Notes: generated from the sequence alone by a model not told the origin. A DNA stretch of 64,000 nt from Candidatus Geocrenenecus huangii (GCA_023254095.1 JALNLM010000002.1:64001-128000); one strand, 5' to 3'; shown: positions 37,880-48,419, numbered from the stretch's first letter. A program made the numbers and translations.

Positions 37880-38746
37880 TTGTCCGGGCAGACTCTCGTC
37901 TCAAAAGTACAGAAATGGAAGGCTGAAGAAGTAGAAGAATTAGCGGAACTTATCAATAGGTATCCTGTAGTCGCCGTCTTTAATCTATCTGGTCTTAGAG
38001 CCAACCTGCTACATGAGATCAGGAAGAAGCTTAGAGGCTACTGTACGATAAGGGTTGCCAAGAAAACCTTATTCATTAAAGCTGCTGAGAAAACTGGTAA
38101 AAAAGATTTGGTCAAGCTTGTGGAAGATTTGAAATCGAGTGCTGGTTTTATCTTCTCAGATGTAAGCTTGTTTAAGCTAAAGTTACTCTTTGATAAAAAC
38201 AAGATTTTAATGCATGCTAAAGCAGGAGAGAAGGCAGACATAGATATAGTCGTACCTGAGATGAATACTGGTCTTCCACCTGGTCCAGTTCTAAGCGATT
38301 TCGGAAAATTAAAGATACCAACTAAGATAGAAGGCGGACAAATATGGATCGCTAAGGATACTGTGGTTGCTAAGAAGGGCGATGAGATCTCCCCTCTACT
38401 AGCTTCGCTGCTAGCTAGATTAAACATTAAAGCAGTGATGAAAGGTATAACAATCGATAAGGGTTATGAAGACGGAGTAGTAATCTCAGGGAAAGATCTT
38501 GAGATAGACTTGGAGAAGATGAAGAACGAGGTGATCGAGGCGAACAGCCTTGCTATTAAGCTAGCGATCGATATAGCGTATGTAACTAGAGAGACTATTC
38601 AGACTCTAATAATCAAAGCCCATAGAGAAGCTAGAATATTAGCGGTTGAAGTAGGTCTACCGATCAGAGAAGTAATAGGGGAGATCTTGTTAAGAGCTGA
38701 AGCTGTTGCTAGAAAACTGAAAGAGAAAGTAGATTCAAAGACGTAA
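37880..38746 (+). CDS. rpl10: 50S ribosomal protein uL10 (P0)
   Basis: 'WKAEEVEEL', 'VAKKTL', 'NTGLPPGP', 'TKIEGG'. Confidence 0.96.
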   Translation: MSGQTLVSKVQKWKAEEVEELAELINRYPVVAVFNLSGLRANLLHEIRKKLRGYCTIRVAKKTLFIKAAEKTGKKDLVKLVEDLKSSAGFIFSDVSLFKLKLLFDKNKILMHAKAGEKADIDIVVPEMNTGLPPGPVLSDFGKLKIPTKIEGGQIWIAKDTVVAKKGDEISPLLASLLARLNIKAVMKGITIDKGYEDGVVISGKDLEIDLEKMKNEVIEANSLAIKLAIDIAYVTRETIQTLIIKAHREARILAVEVGLPIREVIGEILLRAEAVARKLKEKVDSKT

Positions 38747-38755
38747 CCTAGGATT

Positions 38756-41548
38756 TCACGTAGGTTGTTCTCCGAGCATATGGGATAATATTTCACCGAC
38801 GACGAGCCTCAAGGCTTCTTCATCTACATCTCTATCTAATGTTCCCTGACCTATCCTGGGTTGCCCACCTGCCCTCCCACTCAACTTTAACGTAAGCTCT
38901 TCAGCCATCTTTCCAGCATGAACACCTTGGGATTGAGCTTCTTCATTAGATACTACGAGTAAATTTGGCCTCTCGAACCCGTAAACAAGTACAATACATT
39001 TCGGTCCGGCCTTCTCCATCAACTTGTCGGAAATCATGAAAGCATATTCTTTATCTCCGCCAACCTCTCTGGCCACGTATGCCTCCACGCCCCTAATCCT
39101 CAACGGTCTACTAGATAGTTCTCGGGCTCTATAATCCGCGATAATCTTTGATAACGAGTGAATCTTCTTCCTGAATTCTTTAACTTCCTCTAGCTGTTCT
39201 CTTACTTTCTCTAAGAGGTCTTGCGGAGAAGATTTAAGCGTCAAAGATGCTTCGTAAATTATTCTATCATTTTCCTGGAGATATGGTAGCGCGGATACGC
39301 CTGCTGAGAAGATGAACCTCTCAACACCCTCTTGTATCCTCTCTGTTCTCAGTATTTTGATTATTCCTACGTCCTCAGTATTTTCACAGTGTATCCCTCC
39401 ACATGCCTCTGCATCCCAGCCAGGTATCTCTACCACTCTTATTATAGCCGATGGAACTTCTCCTCCCTGATACAATGTAAATCCGTAAATCCTCTCAGCT
39501 TCATTCCTATCCATCCACTTGACGATGACTGGAAGCCGGCTTGCAACAACATCGTTAGCTAGATTCTCAATCTTATTCAAATCCTCTCTGGACAATCTCT
39601 TATGATGGTATACGTCGAGCCTAGCTTTATCAGGCTCCTTCTCCGCTCCCGCCTGCCATGCATGTTTTCCCAAGACTCTCCTAGCGGCCCCCAATACTAT
39701 GTGGGTAGCAGTATGATGCCTCATCAACCTAAGCCTTCTATCTCTGTCTAATTCTCCTATAACGTCTATCCCGACCGGTGGAGTACCGCCCTGTACTTTA
39801 TGTAAGATTACTCCACCGCCGAGGAGAACAGCTTCTTCAACTCTTGCTTCACTCTCCCCCCATCTTAGGAATCCCTTATCTGATGCTTGTCCCCCACTCG
39901 TTGGATAGAATAACGTCTGGTCTAAAATAACGTAATCGTCTACAACTCCTAAGACTCTTGCCTTAAAACTGAATTCCGTAGGTTTCTCATAGTATAGCTT
40001 CCTCGTAGCTGGATGATTCTTTACTTTTTCTTCAAGGATCTTTATCCAATCCTGCGTTGATGTTTCGACTGCTCTAAGATGCCTGGAAGCTACGAGTTCA
40101 TAAAAGTTCTCAGGGATACTAAGCTTCACATTAATTTTTTCAGCTATCTGTTTGACGAAGTCTGGCGTTAAACCCTTCTCATCATACATCCTTACCAAGA
40201 AGTCGGGAGGCACAGTGTCTGTCTTATTCTTTAATTGATTGAGCTCTTTCTCTACATAGGATGCTCCACGCTGAATTGTTTCTCTGAATTTTCTGATTTC
40301 TGACTCGACTATTTCGACTATCTCATCTCTCGCCTCAACTAGATGCGGGAAATCTCCACCCCAGTGATCTATTTGTAGGTCTACTAGTTCGATGAGTTTA
40401 TCTCCAGAATTAAGTAACTCTAACAATCTACAGGCTTTCCTAATGAGTAGTCTAGCTAGGTAGCCGACTTTAACATTTGATGGTACCACCCCCTCACCGA
40501 TTATGAAGGTTATAGATTTAGAGTAATCTAGGAGTGCGTAGACTCTTTCAAGGGGAACTATCTCTTTCTCAATTACTTCTAAAGGTATCCCTGACCTTTC
40601 TGATACTATTCTTCTAGCATCATGAATAGTCTGGCTGGCTTTCGGAACTACTAGAGCCGTGTACGGTGAGTATGCTTCTAGAAGCTTCCGGTCTGGTTTA
40701 GGTACTTCAAGTATCTTCTCCAACTTTGGATAAAGCCTACCATAGATTGCGTCGAAGCAACTCGGAGTTCCTTGGCTGAACCATGCAAATCTTTCTATTC
40801 CATAACCTGTATCCACAGTCCTGATCGGTAGCTCTACCAGCCAGCTATCTAGAGTCTTGTATTGCATGAATACTAGAGTGGCTAGTTCTAAGCCATAGGA
40901 GATAGTCTCGAAGCATGGGCCAGCGTTTCCTCCACCACTCCATATAGATTCCTTGTAGATTATTTCTTCTTCAGGTATTCCGAATTCTTCTCTAACGTAT
41001 TCATGGTAGTATCTTACAGTATCTTCTTTCCAGTAAACTTCCCTGTCAGGATAGTTGAAGGCATGTGCACCCCCCATCTCGAATATTGTTAAGTGTCTCC
41101 CAAATGTTAGCCCAACCTTATCTACGTCGACCAGTCTTATACATGGTTGGCTGATAACTAGAGGGTTTGCTGGGGGTGGAGCTATACCTGAAGTAACGAA
41201 TGGCTGGAAATCTACAATGCTTGCATCGGTCAAGAACATGTCTGTCCTCCATCTAGCTACGACAGGATAAGGCTTGATAACCTGATGACCTCTCCTCTCG
41301 AAAAATCTTAGGAACAATTCTCTTGATCCTTTAACATCTACCTGTTTTCTTGCCAGATTCTTGCCTACGAATTTATATTCTTCGCACGGCGACTCGCCGC
41401 ATATATCCCTATCAGGATTCACTGTCCAGAAGTATTCCCCACATATTCTACATTTTTTCCTAACATATCCTCTTTCTCTGAAAAATTCTAGGGAATACGT
41501 TTCTGGGCCGCGGAGTTTATCAAACGTGACCATTGATCCTTGCGACAA
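38756..41548 (-). CDS. alaS: Alanine-tRNA ligase
   Basis: 'PYPVVARWR', 'FEMGGAHAFN', 'DTGYGIER', editing 'HTATH..CGGIH'. Confidence 0.98.
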   Translation of the reverse strand: MSQGSMVTFDKLRGPETYSLEFFRERGYVRKKCRICGEYFWTVNPDRDICGESPCEEYKFVGKNLARKQVDVKGSRELFLRFFERRGHQVIKPYPVVARWRTDMFLTDASIVDFQPFVTSGIAPPPANPLVISQPCIRLVDVDKVGLTFGRHLTIFEMGGAHAFNYPDREVYWKEDTVRYYHEYVREEFGIPEEEIIYKESIWSGGGNAGPCFETISYGLELATLVFMQYKTLDSWLVELPIRTVDTGYGIERFAWFSQGTPSCFDAIYGRLYPKLEKILEVPKPDRKLLEAYSPYTALVVPKASQTIHDARRIVSERSGIPLEVIEKEIVPLERVYALLDYSKSITFIIGEGVVPSNVKVGYLARLLIRKACRLLELLNSGDKLIELVDLQIDHWGGDFPHLVEARDEIVEIVESEIRKFRETIQRGASYVEKELNQLKNKTDTVPPDFLVRMYDEKGLTPDFVKQIAEKINVKLSIPENFYELVASRHLRAVETSTQDWIKILEEKVKNHPATRKLYYEKPTEFSFKARVLGVVDDYVILDQTLFYPTSGGQASDKGFLRWGESEARVEEAVLLGGGVILHKVQGGTPPVGIDVIGELDRDRRLRLMRHHTATHIVLGAARRVLGKHAWQAGAEKEPDKARLDVYHHKRLSREDLNKIENLANDVVASRLPVIVKWMDRNEAERIYGFTLYQGGEVPSAIIRVVEIPGWDAEACGGIHCENTEDVGIIKILRTERIQEGVERFIFSAGVSALPYLQENDRIIYEASLTLKSSPQDLLEKVREQLEEVKEFRKKIHSLSKIIADYRARELSSRPLRIRGVEAYVAREVGGDKEYAFMISDKLMEKAGPKCIVLVYGFERPNLLVVSNEEAQSQGVHAGKMAEELTLKLSGRAGGQPRIGQGTLDRDVDEEALRLVVGEILSHMLGEQPT

Positions 41549-41747
41549 TTTATCTCTCCAGCAAGCAATCTAAGAAAAGACACTTTAAATACTTTAAATC
41601 AAGCATACTCTCTTTCGCCATTAATATTTTTATTCATATTTTGTTCCACGTCTCATGACCTCTACGGTTTTTCTTTTTATCCGGCTCGGTAAGACTAACT
41701 AATTTAGTTTAGTCGACCGTAATGCCTCCTAATCGGATCGAGTATGT

Positions 41748-42059
41748 TTAACCAAATAATGCGCTCAGTCCAGCTAATGCCTCTTCCTCTTCTTTCTTTT
41801 CTTCTTTCTTCTTCTCCTCAACGGGTTTAGCTTCAGTCGTAGTGGTAGGTGCAGGCGCTGTTGGAGCTACGGCAACAGGCATAGCCGTCGCAGACTTCAA
41901 CACCTCATCTATATTTACTTCAGAGATTGCGGCTACTAGTGATTTTACTCTTACCTCGTCAGGCGTTATCCCCGCAGCTACTAGGACTTTCCTTAGATTT
42001 TCTTCATTGATTTGTTTCCCAGCTTTATGAAGTAGAAGAGCAGCATAAACATACTCCAT
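41748..42059 (-). CDS. rpl12: Ribosomal stalk protein P1/L12
   Basis: '[11 protein letters not shown]', acidic hinge, 'GLSALFG'. Confidence 0.98.
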   Translation of the reverse strand: MEYVYAALLLHKAGKQINEENLRKVLVAAGITPDEVRVKSLVAAISEVNIDEVLKSATAMPVAVAPTAPAPTTTTEAKPVEEKKKEEKKEEEEALAGLSALFG

Positions 42060-42139
42060 GGTTATCGTATAGAGAACGTTTTTACCTATTTTTAAGTATT
42101 ACCTAGAAGATAGGCCTCGTACCTATAAAGCAGCTAGAT

Positions 42140-42185
42140 ACAGATTCGAACCTATTCATCTCAGAAAATCATGCATGTTCATCAG
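42140..42185 (-). ncRNA. Candidate box C/D guide sRNA upstream of rpl12
   Basis: Minus strand CTGATGA-N14-CTGA-GATGA-N12-CTGT; D box imperfect. Confidence 0.25.
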
Positions 42186-42535
42186 TAATGTATTAAAACC
42201 ATTCTCTGGAAACATCCTAAAGATGTGTAGAGAGGTTCAAGACCTCTAAGCTGTGGCCCTAGACCTCTCCATATGATTAGGCTCTAGCCGTTCAGACTAA
42301 TTTATCGATTATGCTTTGTAAAATAATTTGATAACTATTTTTACTGAGGATAGCGTAACTGGGAAATAAATAAGAAGGACAGGAATAAGAGGACAGTTGG
42401 GAAAAGAATATTCGAGGAAATATTCATAGGTAGGAAGTGAAAAGTTCTCGACCTGAGAAAGTAAGTATAGAAGGTATAATAATAAGAAAATAAATAAACG
42501 TACCGTAGCGTGAAGATTTGAGTAGTGTGGATTAG

Positions 42536-43759
42536 ATGTTTGATAAGAAGTTAATGCTTAAGGTATTCATTACACTAAGCATAGTCTCGCTGCTTGGAGA
42601 TGTAGTATACGAGGGGGCGAGGTCGGTCTCCGGAGCATATCTGAATTTTCTAGCCGCACCCACTATAGCCGCGGGATTATTAGCTGTTGGAGAAGTATTG
42701 AGTTATCTAATGAGGCTGATGGGCGGGGTAATTGCGCAGAAGACCTACTCCCCTAAGAAATTTTGGAGCATGATCTATATTGGCTACTCTGTTAACTTGG
42801 TTATCCCTTTACTTGCATTAACTAACAACTGGTTTATCGCTCTAATCTTATATTTCATCGAGAGGATTGGTAAAGGGTTAAGAGCACCTGTACGAGATTT
42901 ATTAATTTCAGAGGTCTCTGAAGGAATAGGGAAGGGAAAAGGGTTCGGAATACATGAAGTAGTAGACCAAGTTGGGGCTATAGCTGGCCCTTCAATCCTA
43001 GGAGTGCTATTAGCATATCATCCAGACGAGATAGGTTTAGGCTTCAAACTAGGTTTCTCCATTCTAGGTATCCCCGCAATACTATTAATGATAGTCATAA
43101 GCTATGCATATATTATCTACCCAAAGCCGATAGCAGCGAGAATCGAGAAGACTGGTTTAACTTTGAAGAATCTTAAGAGAAGCTATTGGCTATACTTGGG
43201 AGGTTCAACATCAGCCGTCATGGGCTTACTCTACTGGGGGTTTATATCATATTATCTTCAAGATGTAGTTAAGCTAGGGGTAATCAACCAGAGCGAGATA
43301 CCTCTAATTTACATAATAGCCATGGTGACAGATGCTTTGATCGCTGTTCCAATGGGAGTGGCCTACGATAGATACAGGGTCTTCTCCTTGCTTCTTATCC
43401 CTCTTGTCGCTATACCTATACCATTCTTCTTATTCATGCATGTGGAGAGAACATCATTATATATTGCGTCTATATTTTTGGGTTTATCAATGGGTGGCAT
43501 CGAAACAGTTATGAGGGCCTCCGTCGCAGACATAGTTGATTACTCTTCAAGACCAATAGCGTACGGAATACAATCAACAGCTATCGGATTCTCAGTACTT
43601 CTAGGGGGATTGATAGATTCTTATCTATACCAAATCAATATGACAGACTACATAATATTGGTAACATTGTTTCTAGAGATCTCCGCCATATCTAGTTACA
43701 TAGTTTTAATCAAATATGGAAGACAAGAGAAGCCGTTGCTAGAAGGATATAATCAATAG
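42536..43759 (+). CDS. MFS transporter
   Basis: ~12 TM helices; 'GDVVYEGARS', 'ERIGKGLRAPVRD', 'DQVGAIAGP'. Confidence 0.9.
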   Translation: MFDKKLMLKVFITLSIVSLLGDVVYEGARSVSGAYLNFLAAPTIAAGLLAVGEVLSYLMRLMGGVIAQKTYSPKKFWSMIYIGYSVNLVIPLLALTNNWFIALILYFIERIGKGLRAPVRDLLISEVSEGIGKGKGFGIHEVVDQVGAIAGPSILGVLLAYHPDEIGLGFKLGFSILGIPAILLMIVISYAYIIYPKPIAARIEKTGLTLKNLKRSYWLYLGGSTSAVMGLLYWGFISYYLQDVVKLGVINQSEIPLIYIIAMVTDALIAVPMGVAYDRYRVFSLLLIPLVAIPIPFFLFMHVERTSLYIASIFLGLSMGGIETVMRASVADIVDYSSRPIAYGIQSTAIGFSVLLGGLIDSYLYQINMTDYIILVTLFLEISAISSYIVLIKYGRQEKPLLEGYNQ

Positions 43760-44680
43760 CTGGCTTACTACATGTGATATAAAGTAGACTAGCAGTACAA
43801 CGATGGCGGCTGTTGTTCCGCTAAGTCTTCTACCATAAGCTACTAGGGCTATCAAGAAAGGAAGACTAAGAGATTGAGCTATAATCATGTATAAGTCTCT
43901 CACACGATAGTAATAAGGTGTCCCTAGCTGAGGTAGTAAGTTAAGATTAAAGAATTTATCTAAAGCTAGAAGACCAGGGTAAAGAAGTATTGGAATAAGT
44001 GCGACTATTAGTGAAAGGAAAAACTTTAATTCATCATTTAGAGAATTCAGGATCTCTCTCTTTGTATCCTCTATATTCTTAATAGTTTTCTTAAAGTGGA
44101 ATAATCGCCCAGAGGCTAGTAGCGAGATGAACGTTAGGGAAAGGTAGAGTATGGCCAGATTCCCAAGATATTTGGAAATGATCTCATAGATATTCGGCGG
44201 AGAATCATAAATATTCAAGATTAGTGGAGAAGTTCTTGTATAGATAAGTAGAAATGCGCTTACTATTATTGAGAGAGAGGATGTTATAATTCTTAGACCA
44301 GTATTCTCATACAATGGTGAAAACAACCAGATAGGAAAGAAAATATTAGTGATAATCTTCATGAGCCTGCTAGGAGGCTTCGGCCTCAATAGATCTGGAG
44401 AAAGAACGCCACCTTCTTTCAAAACCTTGTAGACTCTTTCACCCTCTTCTGTCAAGACATAGTTTCTATCTTCATCCTGTGTAACGAAGTCTTTTAACTG
44501 TCTAAGATTGTAGTACAGAGAGCCGGTGCTTATCTTTAGCATATCTCTTAATGTGGTCGCGCTTATCCTTCCAGAATCCCCGATGGCCAATATTATTCTC
44601 CTCCTAGTCTTATGTCTAAGAAGCCAGACAAGTTCATCTTCACTACTTGAATCCATAGAGCCTAGAGACAAAGCTTCCAC
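43739..44680 (-). CDS. Membrane-anchored wHTH (ArsR-like HTH plus ~5 TM helices)
   Basis: 'LRHKTRRRII..ISTGSLYYNL..YVLTEEG' followed by hydrophobic segments. Confidence 0.75.
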   Translation of the reverse strand: MEALSLGSMDSSSEDELVWLLRHKTRRRIILAIGDSGRISATTLRDMLKISTGSLYYNLRQLKDFVTQDEDRNYVLTEEGERVYKVLKEGGVLSPDLLRPKPPSRLMKIITNIFFPIWLFSPLYENTGLRIITSSLSIIVSAFLLIYTRTSPLILNIYDSPPNIYEIISKYLGNLAILYLSLTFISLLASGRLFHFKKTIKNIEDTKREILNSLNDELKFFLSLIVALIPILLYPGLLALDKFFNLNLLPQLGTPYYYRVRDLYMIIAQSLSLPFLIALVAYGRRLSGTTAAIVVLLVYFISHVVSQLLIISF

Positions 44681-44806
44681 TCTCTGAACAGAAAAATATA
44701 TTCTAAATTTTAAACTTGACTATTGCGTTCAAGACATATTCCCACTACGTTGCTGAGCTTAAATATATCTTTTTTATTAATATCTCTGAGAGAGGTATAT
44801 TGGAAG

Positions 44807-45382
44807 ATGGATTGGGTTGAAGATAGCGTAGTATTCAGGGGAGCTATAAGAAGAAGTGGGAATAGTCTCGTAATCACTATTCCGTCAGAACTCTCACAAA
44901 GACTCCTCCTCAGAGAGGGTCAAGAATTCATAATATATGGGATAGGTAGGAAGAGACCAGAGTTTGAAGGAGGACTACAAGTATACCTGGGATACTTCAT
45001 AATTCATGAGAAAGTACTAGTTGTGAGGATGAGGGTTGATGTCTCGAGTGGAAGCTTCGAGAGATTCGGTTCGACAATTAAGGAATTTCAGGAAACCTAT
45101 TCTTTAACAGATGTCAAGTTTAAGCAGGTCAACTCATCTATTGTAGATGTTGAATTATATTTTGGGGCATTAACGGATAGGGGGGTGACGAGACCAAAGA
45201 CTAGAGAAGAAGTAGAAGAATCTGCTTCATCCATAGAATTCAAGCTTAGGCTTGAAGGATTTAAGGTACTAGAAAAAGAAATTATAGAGAAAATAGTTGA
45301 AAGGAAGAGTATTGACCCTGCAACGATCTCGAAGGCCTCATATAAGATTACTGAAATAATCAGATGGCGGTGGGAGTTATAA
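44807..45382 (+). CDS. AbrB/MazE-type DNA-binding domain protein with C-terminal extension
   Basis: 'IRRSGNSLVITIPSEL..LREGQ'. Confidence 0.7.
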   Translation: MDWVEDSVVFRGAIRRSGNSLVITIPSELSQRLLLREGQEFIIYGIGRKRPEFEGGLQVYLGYFIIHEKVLVVRMRVDVSSGSFERFGSTIKEFQETYSLTDVKFKQVNSSIVDVELYFGALTDRGVTRPKTREEVEESASSIEFKLRLEGFKVLEKEIIEKIVERKSIDPATISKASYKITEIIRWRWEL

Positions 45383-45410
45383 TTTTATCTAAAGCCGGAT
45401 TAAATCATTC

Positions 45411-46700
45411 ATGGATATGGAGCTCATAGCGGACCTCCACCTCCATAGTAAGTATTCTGGGGCCACATCTCAGAGAATGAATATTTCCGAACTTGTTGAT
45501 TTTGCTAGAATAAAAGGTTTAGATATAGTAGGTACAGGAGACGCTCTTCATCCAAAATGGTTGAAGGAGTTAGAAAGAGAATTGGAATACATCGGTGATG
45601 GGTTATATGTTTCTAGGAAATATGAAAAAACATATTTCATTATACAGGTGGAGGTTGCTACTATACATCAGTTTAACGGAAAGTCTAGAAGAATACATCA
45701 TGTAATCCTCATGCCGCATCTAGAGATAGCTAGGCAGCTGTCCGAGATTCTGAGAAGTTATGGAGACGTAGAATCTGATGGTAGACCAATCCTTAACATG
45801 AACCCTGCCGAGCTGGTCGAGATTGTAATCGAGGTAGATAAGTCGAATATAGTTTTTCCAGCACACGCCTGGACGCCTTGGTGGAGTATGCTAGGAGCAT
45901 TCAGCGGCGTAAACCACATTAGAGAATGCTATCAAGATATGGTGAAATACATCTATGCTATCGAGACAGGTTTAAGCAGTGATCCCCCAATGAACTGGAG
46001 AGTAAGCTGGCTTGACTATTATACTCTTCTAAGCTTCAGCGATTCTCATAGTCCTTACCCGTATAGGCTTGGAAGAGAAGCGGTAGTATTCAATCTCTCT
46101 AAGCCAAGCTACAGCGAGATACTTGAAGCTATAAAGAATAAAGATCCCGAAAAGATACTCATGACTATAGAGGTTCCTCCAGAATACGGTAAGTATCATT
46201 GGAGCGGACATAGAAATTGTGGTTACGGTCCACTAGATCCTCTGGAAGCGAGAAGACTAAACTACAAATGTCCAGTGTGTGGTAGAAAGCTTACTAAAGG
46301 AGTAGATGACCGTGTTGAAGAACTTGCAGATAGGCCTAGAGGATACCTCCCGGCGAACAAGATAAACTACGTACATTTGGTTCCTCTACAAGAATTAATC
46401 GCTTTAAGCATGGGAATAGAAGTTGATGATGAATCCAAGCTTAATAGCAAGAAGGTGTGGAGTGTATATGAGAAGCTTGTCAATGCTTTCAGCAATGAGT
46501 TTAAGATACTTCTAGAGACAAGTGAAGAGGAAATAGAGAAAGCTGGTGGAAGAAGACTTGCTGAATTAATATCATCCATGAGGCAAGGGAGGATAAAGAT
46601 CGTTCCTGGATATGATGGGGTGTACGGGAGGCTAATGATAGAACCTAAGCATCAGGAGGAGAAGCAGGCGGGAACAAGAAAACTTGAAGACTATTTCTAG
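45411..46700 (+). CDS. Endonuclease Q family PHP-domain protein
   Basis: 'DLHLHSKYS', 'GTGD', 'PAHAWTP', 'ETGLSSD', 'SDSHS', 'GKYH', CPVC, 'PGYDG.YG'. Confidence 0.92.
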   Translation: MDMELIADLHLHSKYSGATSQRMNISELVDFARIKGLDIVGTGDALHPKWLKELERELEYIGDGLYVSRKYEKTYFIIQVEVATIHQFNGKSRRIHHVILMPHLEIARQLSEILRSYGDVESDGRPILNMNPAELVEIVIEVDKSNIVFPAHAWTPWWSMLGAFSGVNHIRECYQDMVKYIYAIETGLSSDPPMNWRVSWLDYYTLLSFSDSHSPYPYRLGREAVVFNLSKPSYSEILEAIKNKDPEKILMTIEVPPEYGKYHWSGHRNCGYGPLDPLEARRLNYKCPVCGRKLTKGVDDRVEELADRPRGYLPANKINYVHLVPLQELIALSMGIEVDDESKLNSKKVWSVYEKLVNAFSNEFKILLETSEEEIEKAGGRRLAELISSMRQGRIKIVPGYDGVYGRLMIEPKHQEEKQAGTRKLEDYF

Positions 46701-46800
46701 ACCTCTTCTTCGATCATAGTAGGCGGATAGCCCTAAGTCGCAACATCAACGCGACAATATGTAATCGATTAATATAAGAATTTAGAGAGTCTATTATAGA

Positions 46801-47313
46801 ATGGAGAATCTAGAATGGATAAAGTACGTTGAAAGTATATTGGAGAACTGTGATGAAGAGAATCCTCTACACGTATTTGGGTATGGAAACGTTCTTAGAA
46901 GAGATGACGGTGTAGGGTTATACATAATCTCTAACTTATTGAAAACTATTAAAGAGAAACCCAAGTATATTCACATACATCCCGCCTCAACCGTTATTGA
47001 AAGAAAATTAGACAAGATTCCGAAGTCGAGCAAGATTCTAGTGATCGATGCGGTGAAAGTAGAGGGGGCACCTGGAGCAATAATCTTTACGGAGTTCAAG
47101 AAAGTTGAAAGCTACATCCTCGATACCCACAACATATCCTTAAAGTTCATACTTGAAGCTAAATCACAATTAGAAAACTCTTATCTTCTTGGCATAATCC
47201 CCGAAGATACAAGCATTGGAGAAGAGCTGACACCAGTAGTTAGACAATCTGCAGATGAGATCGTAACGCACTTGAGGAGCATTCTAACCAAGGTTTCAAA
47301 GTTAAAGAAGTAA
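46801..47313 (+). CDS. Hydrogenase maturation protease (HycI/HybD family)
   Basis: 'GYGNVLRRDDGVG', 'VIDAV', 'DTHNISL'. Confidence 0.88.
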   Translation: MENLEWIKYVESILENCDEENPLHVFGYGNVLRRDDGVGLYIISNLLKTIKEKPKYIHIHPASTVIERKLDKIPKSSKILVIDAVKVEGAPGAIIFTEFKKVESYILDTHNISLKFILEAKSQLENSYLLGIIPEDTSIGEELTPVVRQSADEIVTHLRSILTKVSKLKK

Positions 47314-47363
47314 TAGCTTCAACACCTCAGATACCACTATAACCTATAAACTAATGCCGTTAT

Positions 47364-47468
47364 AGCCCCGGGCGGGATTTGAACCCGCGACCTGCGGCTT
47401 TCCCACGAAAACAACAATGTTTTACGAATGTTACAAGGCCGCCGCTCTACCCGCTGAGCTACCGGGGC
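47364..47468 (-). tRNA. tRNA-Thr(TGT) with a 32-nt intron at 37/38
   Basis: GCCCCGGTAGCTCAG..GCGGC-CT-TGT-A|intron|A-GCCGC..GGTTCAAATCC..CCGGGGCT. Confidence 0.95.
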
Positions 47469-47648
47469 TCGACCTACAATATCCAGACTGAACATCCTCA
47501 TTTTTATGTTTAATTTCCTCTAACCTATAAGCAGCCCAGTGTAACTGTTCTGCAAGGATTGAAAAGTAAGCTTAAAGCAGAGGTAGTTTTCTCTACCTGT
47601 CAAAATCTAATAACTGCTATTACGCATTAAAGATTAATGGGTAAAGGT

Positions 47649-47723
47649 GGGGCCGTGGTCTAGCATGGCTATGATACGCGGCTCGGGCCCGCGTGGTCCT
47701 GGGTTCAAATCCCAGCGGCCCCA
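47649..47723 (+). tRNA. tRNA-Pro(CGG), no intron
   Basis: GGGGCCG..CGCGG-CT-CGG-GC-CCGCG..GGTTCAAATCC..CGGCCCCA. Confidence 0.96.
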
Positions 47724-48104
47724 CTTCATTGAACGGTCTATCCTCGAACAATTACTTCATTGTGTTTGACTATTTTCTTCTACTTCTAAATCTGCTATCG
47801 TTCAGCAGTGAGAACTCTAAATAATCCCAGCATCAAGTAGCATTCTGGCAACGGGGGAGGGTACGGGTTCCGTGAAGTTCTATTATATTGCATCCAAACT
47901 TCTATACTCTGCTTAATATTTTCACCAGGTCATTAATATCCCAAAAGTCAACACCATAATGAGCAAGTTTCTTTTTATCCTCTCGGCGACTAACTCTTCA
48001 CTCCAAGTTCTTCACCAAGGCATAAATCTCCTATCAACAATTTTGATGGACTCTTATTACTTAAGGCTCGAATATTCAATGCATGGGTAATACGAGGTCT
48101 TTCA

Positions 48105-48195
48105 TGGGCCCGGGGGGACTTGAACCCCCGTCCTCCGGCTTTCTCCGATTTCTTCACCGCAGGCCGGCGCCATATCCATTCTAGGCCACGGGCCC
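48105..48195 (-). tRNA. tRNA-Arg(GCG) with a 16-nt intron at 37/38
   Basis: GGGCCCG..CCGGC-CT-GCG-G|TGAAGAAATCGGAGAA|A-GCCGG..GGTTCAAGTCC..CGGGCCCA. Confidence 0.94.
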
Positions 48196-48419
48196 CTTCA
48201 CCGTTTGTAGAGTTCCACCTAATTCCTATTCCTTACCTAGACTATTTAAATTATCTAGATTGATTCTATTCTAACTTGTTTCTGGGCTAGAACGATTGTA
48301 AGAATGGATTGGCCAAGCTTTTTCTCTCAATTTTACTTTGATGACTTTTTCCTTATTTACCTAATGTGAAGAATTCTCAATATTTATATGGTGGACTATC
48401 ATAGTCTGAGAAGGGTTTT

